Shown here: piece after piece, positions 52,347 to 59,924 of the stretch | Layout: each line of letters starts with the position of its first letter | Position numbering within the stretch: position 1 is the stretch's first letter | NCBI GenBank assembly: GCA_964291215.2 | Contig: OZ219791.1 | Coordinates: 2,304,001 to 2,368,000, forward strand | Direction: 5' to 3' | DNA from: Alphaproteobacteria bacterium | GTDB taxonomy: Bacteria; Pseudomonadota; Alphaproteobacteria; MPNO01; UBA830 | Length of the DNA stretch: 64,000 bases | Program-made: the position numbers and the translations under genes | The notes under the pieces: generated by a model | Told to the model about the DNA's origin: nothing | Databases searched by the model: none | The model's input: only the letters and a program-made list of their open reading frames with translations

Positions 52347-53769
52347 CTTATATGACTAGGTTTTGTCCCCTTGATGATGAAATCATCCACAGCAGTTGGG
52401 GGCGGGAAAATGTGGATAACCTCGACTATGGGAGAGCTATGGTTGCAAAGAGATTCCGCTCCCCTGTGTGAGAACGTACAGGGGAGCGGGGATCAAACGA
52501 TCTCCGCGGAGGTTGCCGTTCCGTCCTTGGCTTTATAGAGCCGTTCCCGAGCGTGGCAACCTCCTTTGGCGTCCCTTGCGTCCTGAATGGATGCTTGGGT
52601 TTGAACCGTATCATCATAAGGCGAGGAACAAGGGACGATTGTTAAGGTAGTAGCAGGGGTCAGCCAGTCTGGACATCTGGGGCGTCGTTTTACGAACGAC
52701 GCCACGGGCACGTGGCTTCGCAGCCTCGAGGTAACCCGTGTGGTGGGCGACAGGCCGCTATCACCGCAAGGTTCACCAGTGTCTTCATGACCGGGGCTTC
52801 GAGGTTGTCCTGCCCGTTGAGGGCTTCGCCGAGGCTTTGGGCCAACCGCGTTGACGCGCTGGCCAAGATCGGCACGGTGCTCGGCGATCTCGAGCCTGTG
52901 GCTCCTCAGGAAGCCTTCCTCAACTGCCTGGGGGATCTCCTAGTATCGCGCGCCGCGCTTGTCGACGTGCGGACCAAGTTGAGGCAAGTGGCAGATGAGG
53001 TGGATGGCGAGACCGTCACAAGGGCTTCGGCGGCCGATCTCGATGACCGCATTGCCGGTGCGGCGATCAAAGCGGTGATCGCCGGTGATCCCGAGCAGAG
53101 GTACCCTGACCTCGATCCCCGGTCCAGTGACCGCCGCAGCCCTTCTTTGTTGGATGCCCGAACTCGGCAGCGTCGGCAGCCTTGATCGGGGTGGCGCCGA
53201 TGGCCAACGACAGTGGCCACGGTGCTCGGCATATCCGAGGCGGGCGCCGGAGGCCACGTGATCTCCTGGCCGCGACCTCGGCAGCACGCTTCAACGCGGA
53301 TCTGGTGTTCGAACGCCACAAGACCGCCGGCAAGGCCCACAAAGTCGCCATTGTCGCCGTGATGCGCAAGCTCTGGCGAACACCTTGCTGCGACAGCAGC
53401 GTTGCTGGTCGACCGAAGCACCGGTGAGTGAGCGAAGGAGACACGGCCCTCACCCCTGCCGAGAGCGCGATCGGGACTGTATCGACAGTCTCCCTACTAC
53501 GACACGACTTGGGGAGAATGTCTGCAGATCATCGTCGAGGCCGACATCGAGGAGATCGAACCGCCTTGGGACACCTGGAACCCGGACGGTCACGTGCCCG
53601 GGGGCGGCAAGGTAGCCGCGTTCACGTGACCAATGGACGGCAACCCGCCGCCGGGACCACAAGCTTCATGTCGCCTCGATCGCAGGGCAAATCCCACACC
53701 GCTTGTGGACAACCACAGAAAACATCACCGCAGACACCCGCAAAAACCTTGCCAGGAAACATGGATGCT
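52347..53769 (+). mobile_element. IS110-family element, copy C (intergenic site)
   Basis: CT cores at 52347-52348 and 53768-53769. Recombinase pseudogene about 52638-53629 with ATGRYH, GVAPMANDSG, RHIRGGR and KVAIVAVMRKL; start codon mutated to ATT. Confidence 0.9.
52447..52637 (+). ncRNA. Predicted IS110 bridge RNA, copy C (most intact)
   Basis: 5' hairpin 52456-52489, target-binding loop 52508-52564, donor-binding loop 52570-52637. Guides match the target and donor sequences in this window. Transcript ends are approximate. Confidence 0.82.
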
Positions 53770-53983
53770 CGGGAAAGCGCTCAGCCACGCTGCTTGCGGT
53801 CGCACTTGTCGTTGTGGAAGAAGTCCACGCAGATGCTGGCAGCGACCCGCGCCGCGCCCGCCTTGATCGAACCGCGCGCATGGTGCGCATAGCGCGCGAT
53901 CATGTCGATCCTGGCGTGACCCTGCAGCCTGGAGGAGACGGCAACACATGGCGGCCCGGTTGGCGGCGATCAGATCCAGGCAC

Positions 53984-54012
53984 TTGATATTCGTAGGCCA
54001 TTGGCCTATATG
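53984..54012 (+). promoter_or_regulatory. Sigma70-type promoter with a palindromic operator, upstream of the TA pair
   Basis: TTGATA-N17-TATATG overlapped by the palindrome TAGGCCA-T-TGGCCTA; ATG only 7 nt after the -10 box. Confidence 0.65.
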
Positions 54013-54019
54013 TGCAGGG

Positions 54020-54301
54020 ATGGAGTTTGAATGGGACGAGGCCAAGAACAGTGCCTGTTTCGAGCGTCGCGGTTTCGACTTCGCCTATGCCCTCCGAGCC
54101 TTCCTTGATCCGCACCGGATTGTTGCGCAGGATCGCCGGCGGGACTATGGCGAGGACCGCTACCGGCTGCTCGGCACGGTCGACGGGCGAGCCTATGTCG
54201 TTGTCTACATGGTGCAGGGTTCGGCCGTTCGCATCATTTCGGCCCGCAAGGCCAATCGGAAGGAGGTCGCGGACCATGAGCACAACACGCATCAGGATTG
54301 A
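54020..54301 (+). CDS. brnT: BrnT-family toxin
   Basis: MEFEWDEAKN...RGFDF...DYGEDR...RIISARKAN. Confidence 0.9.
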   Translation: MEFEWDEAKNSACFERRGFDFAYALRAFLDPHRIVAQDRRRDYGEDRYRLLGTVDGRAYVVVYMVQGSAVRIISARKANRKEVADHEHNTHQD

Positions 54302-54611
54302 TCCCGACGATCCGTCCACCCTGCCCGAAGGGCGGTTCGATCCCGCCAGGGTGGACGTCACGACCGAGGCAGAGATCGCGGCTCAGGAGCGGGAGGACGA
54401 GGCCGAGGCCTTGCAGGACATGGCGCGGTATGCCCGCCGGGTCCGGCGACGGCTGGGGCTTTCCCAGACCGAGCTGGCGCGGCGCATCGACGTGCCGCAC
54501 GAGACGATCCGCAATTGGGAGCAGGGGAAGCGCTGCCCGACCGGAGCGGCGCGCGCCCTGTTGCGGGTGCTTGACAAGGCGCCGGAAACCGCGCTCCGCG
54601 TGCTGACCTGA
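54276..54611 (+). CDS. XRE/HTH antitoxin
   Basis: RRRLGLSQTELARRIDVPHETIRNWEQGKRCPTGAARALL; overlaps brnT. Confidence 0.88.
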   Translation: MSTTRIRIDPDDPSTLPEGRFDPARVDVTTEAEIAAQEREDEAEALQDMARYARRVRRRLGLSQTELARRIDVPHETIRNWEQGKRCPTGAARALLRVLDKAPETALRVLT

Positions 54612-55123
54612 AGGGATGGCAGCGATGCCGCCCGGCGATTTTCTTCGATCATACGCCAGGCGCGGCGTGCCCCCCCTTGCGTCCTCCTAGCTACTCAAGT
54701 ATATGATTCCATGCAGGAAATCCCCTACCGGTGCCGTTTGACATGGCCCAATTACAGGCCCAAATCGACTCCCGGGAACGTAGTGTTGCGGGAGGCGCGA
54801 GGGGATGTCGGACAGGGAACATCGCGGGATTGCCGTCATGCGCGGCGTGGCGGCAAACGACAATTCCGGTTCGGGGACCGGGGCAGGCGGCGGGGCCGAG
54901 GCGCAGATTGCTTCAGCCGTGGCGAGGCTGGCTTGGCTGATCGGCCGGCGCATCGCGTGCGAGGGATGGAAGATCGCGGGCGCGTACAAGGATTCGGCGA
55001 TCTCGGGCGACAGCATGATCTTGCGTCCCGGCATCCAAGCGCTGCTGGAGGATGCGCGGCGGGGGCTGTTCGAGATCCTGGTCGCGGAGGCGCTCGACCG
55101 GGTGAGCCGCGACCAGGCCGACG

Positions 55124-55580
55124 GGGTGCAGTTCTCGTATGACGAACGCCCGTTTCAGGACAGGATTTTGTCACGACCCCCGCGGCATCGACAGGGTGAT
55201 CCGGGCGCTGCGCCACCTTCGCGGCGCCAACGGGCCGACATCGACAGGGAACTGTCCTTCTTCCGCAAGCATCGCCACCGAATGCGCTACCACGCGCTGA
55301 AGCAACAGGGGATTTGCTCGGGAATTGTCGAGGCGGCAAACAAGATCCTTGTCACACAGCGCATGAAACGCTCCGGGATGCGCTGGCGTATCGTCGGCGG
55401 ACAATCACCTTCCGCGCCCTGCTCGAAGCCGGCCGCTTCGAGAGCGCGTGGACGGCCATGATCGGTGCAGACGACGCACCAGCCAACGACAACATCAGCC
55501 CAAATCACACCCCGGCACCGGCCGCATGAGATGAACAAATGGTACTGAGCCTGCAACTGTGCCATACGAAACTCTCACCC
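55124..55580 (+). mobile_element. Internally deleted ISKra4/ISLre2-like element
   Basis: TIRs GGGTGCAGTTCTCGTATG / CATACGAAACTCTCACCC; 8-bp duplication GGCCGACG/GGCCGATG; transposase C-terminal SGIVEAANKILVTQRMKRSGMRW. Confidence 0.8.
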
Positions 55581-56767
55581 GGCCGATGTGGCGACGCTCT
55601 ACAAGCACCTGCGCTTCGCCGGGGTAATGATCGTTACCCTGTCGGAAGGCGAAATCGACGAGCTCCATGTCGGGCTCAAGGGGACGATGAACGCGCTGTT
55701 TCTGAAGGACCTCGCGGCGAAGACGCACCGGGGCCTCAGGGGCCGGGTCGAGCAGGGCCGCTCCGGCGGCGGGCTCTGCTACGGCTACGATGTGGTGAAG
55801 GCGGTCGACGGAACCGGCGATCCGGTGCGCGGCGAACGCACGATCAACGAGGCCGAAGCCGGAATCGTGCGCCGGGTGTTCCGGGAGTTCGCCGCCGGCG
55901 CGAGCCCTCGCGCGATCGCGCGGCGGCTGAACGGGGAGAACATCCGCGGCCCCTCGGGCAGGCTCTGGACCGATTCCACCATCCGCGGCCACGCGAAGCG
56001 GGGCACCGGCCTGATCAACAACGAACTCTATATTGGTCGGCTGGTGTGGAATCGGCTGCGCTACGTCAAGAACCCGGAGACCGGCAAGCGGGTCTCGCGG
56101 ATCAACCCGCCTGAGTAATGGATCGTCGCGGAGGTTCCGGAGCTCTGTATCGTCGACAACGATCTCTGGCAGGCGGTCAAGCATCGCCAGGGTGAGATCG
56201 CGGAGCAATACGCCACCGTCATCGAGGCCACGCAGAGCGCACGCGCCAACCGGCTGAACGGTGCCCACCGCCCCCGGGGCTGCTTGAGTGCGGCGTCTGT
56301 GGCGGTCCCTATTCCATGCGCGGCCAGGACCGCTACGGCTGCTCGAACCACATCATGGCCGGGACCTGCTCGAACGGCCGGGGCATCCGCCGCGCGGTCA
56401 TCGAGGACGGTGGCTATGTCCGGGGCATGGTGGACCGGCTGCGCGAACTGGAAGCGCGCCAGGACACGCTCAACGAGCGGCTCTCGGCCGCGCCCGCCGA
56501 CCTACCGGACATCCACCCCAACATCGCGGACATCTACCGGCGCAAGGTGGCGCGCCTCGCCGAGGCGCTGAACCACCCCGAAGATCGCGACGCGGCGGCG
56601 TCCGCCATTCGGGGGTTGATCGCGCGTATCGTGCTCACCCCAAGCGAGAAATGGGCCGAGATGGACGCCGTGCTGCACGGCGATCTCGGATCCATCCTCG
56701 AATGGGCAGGAAACGGGGGCGAAAAGGCAAAGACCGACATCTCCATGCCGGAGATGTCGGTCTTGGT

Positions 56768-56787
56768 GGTTGCGGGGGCCCGCAACC
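56768..56787. other. Putative serine-recombinase att site
   Basis: Dyad GGTTGCGGG-GG-CCCGCAACC at the 3' end of the recombinase gene. Confidence 0.5.
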
Positions 56788-56835
56788 TCTTTTGTTATAA
56801 CTTGGAGACGTTTTCGGCCCCACTTCCAGTCTGAA

Positions 56836-56902
56836 GTGCAACACCCGGCCCTCATCGCAGTGAGGGCGTAGCCCGAACGGAGATGAGGGCCGGGTGTTGC
56901 AC
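56836..56902. repeat. Perfect 21-bp inverted repeat with a 25-nt structured loop
   Basis: GTGCAACACCCGGCCCTCATC / GATGAGGGCCGGGTGTTGCAC. Confidence 0.85.
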
Positions 56903-57087
56903 AAGTTTTCCCCCTCTGCCCCTCTCGATTCCGCCTGGGAACAGCTTCAGTTCCTTCAACATCGAGCTTATGCAACGCCTTTGTCGGCTTCAAGCCACTA
57001 TTCCGCCGTCGCGCGGCATGGACCCTGCTGCACGTTGCGGCTTTGGAACATGGCGCAAATGGTCAGCGCGGTTTCACTTCAAAGATT

Positions 57088-59568
57088 GGTACTGTAACTT
57101 GATGTCTGGAAATTTGTCTGAGGTTTGCGCTTTGAGGCGTTTCACTGGGGGGCTAGTAGTCCACCGGCATTGTATTGATGGTTTTTTTGTGGGTAATATT
57201 TTCGTGTCGGCGTTCGTTGGAATCTGGACAGTGCCGATATCCACACGGGCAAGATGCCGAACAGGCAGGCAGCCGCAGCCCCATGTGCAGGTCCGGACAA
57301 CGGGAGCGGCGCAATGACAGGAGCAACGTATATGGCCAACTCTCGGGGCAGGAAGCTCTACCGCGTGACCCTTTCGGCGCAGGAGCGCCGGGATCTGAAG
57401 GCGATCGGGCACCGGGGCTGCCTGGCGCCGGGCACAAATCCTGATGCTGAGGGGGCGCTTGTCGATGCCGACATTGCGCAAGGGCTGGGCATCGGCACGG
57501 CGACGGTCGAGCGTTTGCGCAAGCGCTGCGTCCTGGAGGGGCTGGACGCCGCCCTCAGCCGCAAGGAGCAGGTGAACCGTCGGCCGAAACGGGGCGATGG
57601 AGGCGAAGTTGGTCGCCCTGTTCGTCCCCGCCCGAGGGCTGTGGACGCTGAAGCTGCTCGCCGGCCGTCTGGTGGAGATGGAAATCGTCGAGCGCATTTC
57701 GGAAGAAACGGTCAGGAAGACGCTAAAAAAAGAGATCAAGCCGTGGCTGAAGCAGTACTGGTGCATTCCACCGCACCGGAGCGCACAGTTCGTGGCGGCA
57801 GATGTGCTTGACATTTATCAGCGGGACTTTGCCAAGGACGAGGTGCTGAGACCAGCCGGCAGCAGACGAAGGAAACCCGCATCCCCCGTCCTCCGGTCAG
57901 CCGGAGGTGGTCGACTATGAATATGAGCGCAACGGCACGGCCAACCTCTTCATGGCCTTTGCGCCCAACGAGAACTGGCGCACGGTGAAAGTCACCGATC
58001 GCCGCGGGACCGGGCACACTTCATCCGGGAGCTTGCCGACGACCATTTCCCCGACAGGAAGATCGTGCTGGACAATCTGAACACGCACAGTCGCTGTATG
58101 AAGCCTTCGAGCCCGAGGAGGCGAGGCGGGTGCGAAAGCGGTTCGAGTTTCGCTATACGCCGAAGCACGGAAGCTGGCTCAACATGGCCGAGATCGGTGC
58201 GCTGTCGCGGCAGTGCCTTCGGCGACGCATTCCCGACCGCGACACCATGCTGCGGGAGACGGCGGCGTGGGTGGAACGGCGCAATGCGGCCGATGTCACT
58301 GTCGACTGGCGTTTCACGACGAAGGATACCCGAACGAAACTGAAGTCTCTATATCCGTCAATCCAATAATGCCAGACTACTAGCCCCCCAGTGAAACGCG
58401 GCGCCATCGTGCTATCCCATGGAGTTGTAAAACCTTCATGGAGGAAGCGAATAGACCTGCGACACACTACGACGATTGAGGCCGTTTTGGAATATCTGAT
58501 CGCAAACGGAGCAACGGATCTGGGGCGGGTCTTTGGCCAGCTCTTCGAGCTTGCGATGCAAATCGAGCGCGAGCAGCACTTGAAAGCGGGCCACCGGACG
58601 CCGGAGCGACAGGGCTATGCCAACGGCTACAAGCGGATCGACACCCCCACTGTTACCGTTCAGGTGCCAAACGGTCACGGGGACGACCCGTCCCCAGTCG
58701 CTTGAACGCGGCCAGCGATCTTCTCGCGCCGTAGCCGAGATGTACATCAAGGGTGTTTCCACACGGCAGGATGTAATGCGCGAGTTCGGGAGCCTGTCCT
58801 CTTCTCAGGTCAGCCGGGCCACCAGGTTGCTCGATGAAGAACTCACCGCCTGGCGCAACCGGCCCCTGATGAAATACCTGATCCTGGATGCGCGCTACGA
58901 AAAAGCCCGCCATGACGGCGTTGTGCGCGATGTCGCAGTGCTCTCGGCCATCGGAATAGGGGCTGCAGGCACGTTCTGGGGCTTTCTGTGGCGCTCTCCG
59001 AGGCCGAGGTCCATTGGAGAGCCTTCCTGGAAAGCTTGCTAGCCCTGCATGGTACGACCTTCATCGTCTCGGATGCCGGGCTGAAAGCGGCACGACGCGC
59101 GGTGCTGGGCGCGGCGACGTGGCAGCGCTGCCAGTTCCACCTGGCACAAAACGCCGTGCACCGAACAACGACATCAGGAAACGTATTGGAAAACAGCTCG
59201 GAGCCACGCCTCCTCACCCCAAACCGCCGAGGCCGAACTGGGCGCCCTCGTGGCCAGCTATCGCGACAAGCATCCAGGCTTCCTGGCTGGAAAAGAATGC
59301 GGGGCTCGCTGTCTTCACCTTGCCCGATGCTCACCACAAGCGTATGCGAACCTCGAACGGCATCGAGCGACCGATCCAGCAAGAGCTCAAGCGGCGCACC
59401 TCCAAAGTCAGGGTCTTTCCGAACCTCGCCTCGTTGGAGCGCCTCTCAACCGCGGTCCTTGTCGAGATCGACGAAAAATGGGAAACCGAAACCAAGGCAT
59501 ACATCAAATGGGAACAGCTCGATGACTGAGAGCTTCACGACAATTTCCAGACATCAGGTTGCGTAATC
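57088..59568 (+). mobile_element. IS256-family element, degraded, with an IS630 nested in its left end
   Basis: TIRs sharing TGATGTCTGGAAATT. Fragments AEMYIKGVSTR, YLILDARYEK, WQRCQFH and RTSNGIER. Confidence 0.85.
57156..58380 (+). mobile_element. IS630-family element, degraded
   Basis: TA duplicated at 57154-55 and 58381-82; ends GTAGTC/GACTAC; WTLKLLA, DYEYERNGT, LDNLNTH and YTPKHGSWLNMAE. Confidence 0.88.
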
Positions 59569-59666
59569 TGACGAGGACGCGGATCACGGCCTCTTCCGCC
59601 ACCTTGCCGGCAGCGCCGCGGTCTTGGCCGCTTCGAACTCCTCGCGCGCCGCGTTGACCGTCGCCA

Positions 59667-59795
59667 TCACCCGGCCTTGCGCTTCATCAGCGCGCCGCTT
59701 CCGAGATGCGTTTCCACATACAGATCATGCGGAGGCTGGAGCCCCGGAAGCAGCTGGCACAGCCCGCTCGTCGCCTTCGATCCAAAGTAGCCCAC
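59667..59795 (-). pseudogene. N-terminal remnant of a Dam/D12-class adenine methyltransferase
   Basis: GYFGSKA..GLCQ....PPHDLYVETHLGSGA resembles motifs X and I; only about 42 aa. Confidence 0.55.
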
Positions 59796-59924
59796 TGGCG
59801 ATCCTCGTCGTTCTCGATGACCACCACTAAACGAATCGGCCTGCAGTGTCAAATCTCCACGAAAACCCGTTCGTTGCTCTACCCCGACATCAAGCCGGAA
59901 CCAGGGGGTGAGCAGTTACAAAGC

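Larger units (their letters stand above)
54945..56834 (+). pseudogene. Large serine recombinase, inactivated
   Basis: RPGIQALL, EALDRVSRDQAD, KTHRGLRGRV, YGY, NELYIG and a zinc-ribbon remnant ECGVCGG. The catalytic N-terminus is missing, there is an IS insertion, a stop at 56116-56118 and internal deletions. Confidence 0.85.

Noticed and set aside
52343-53774. GTCCC/GGGA(C) as terminal inverted repeats of the 1.4-kb element
   Set aside because: These bases belong to the target site, as shown by the guide match and the restored IS1634 codons.
54805-55461. 218-aa ORF as a real gene
   Set aside because: Chimera of a small upstream ORF, a recombinase fragment and IS sequence joined by deletion and insertion.
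56760-56800. tRNA-Met gene
   Set aside because: Only 13-14 nt match the acceptor end; no T-arm or cloverleaf follows.
57137-58399. Apparent 25-bp TIR of a novel element
   Set aside because: The outer 17 bp are the halves of a target palindrome in IS256; the IS630 proper ends at the TA.
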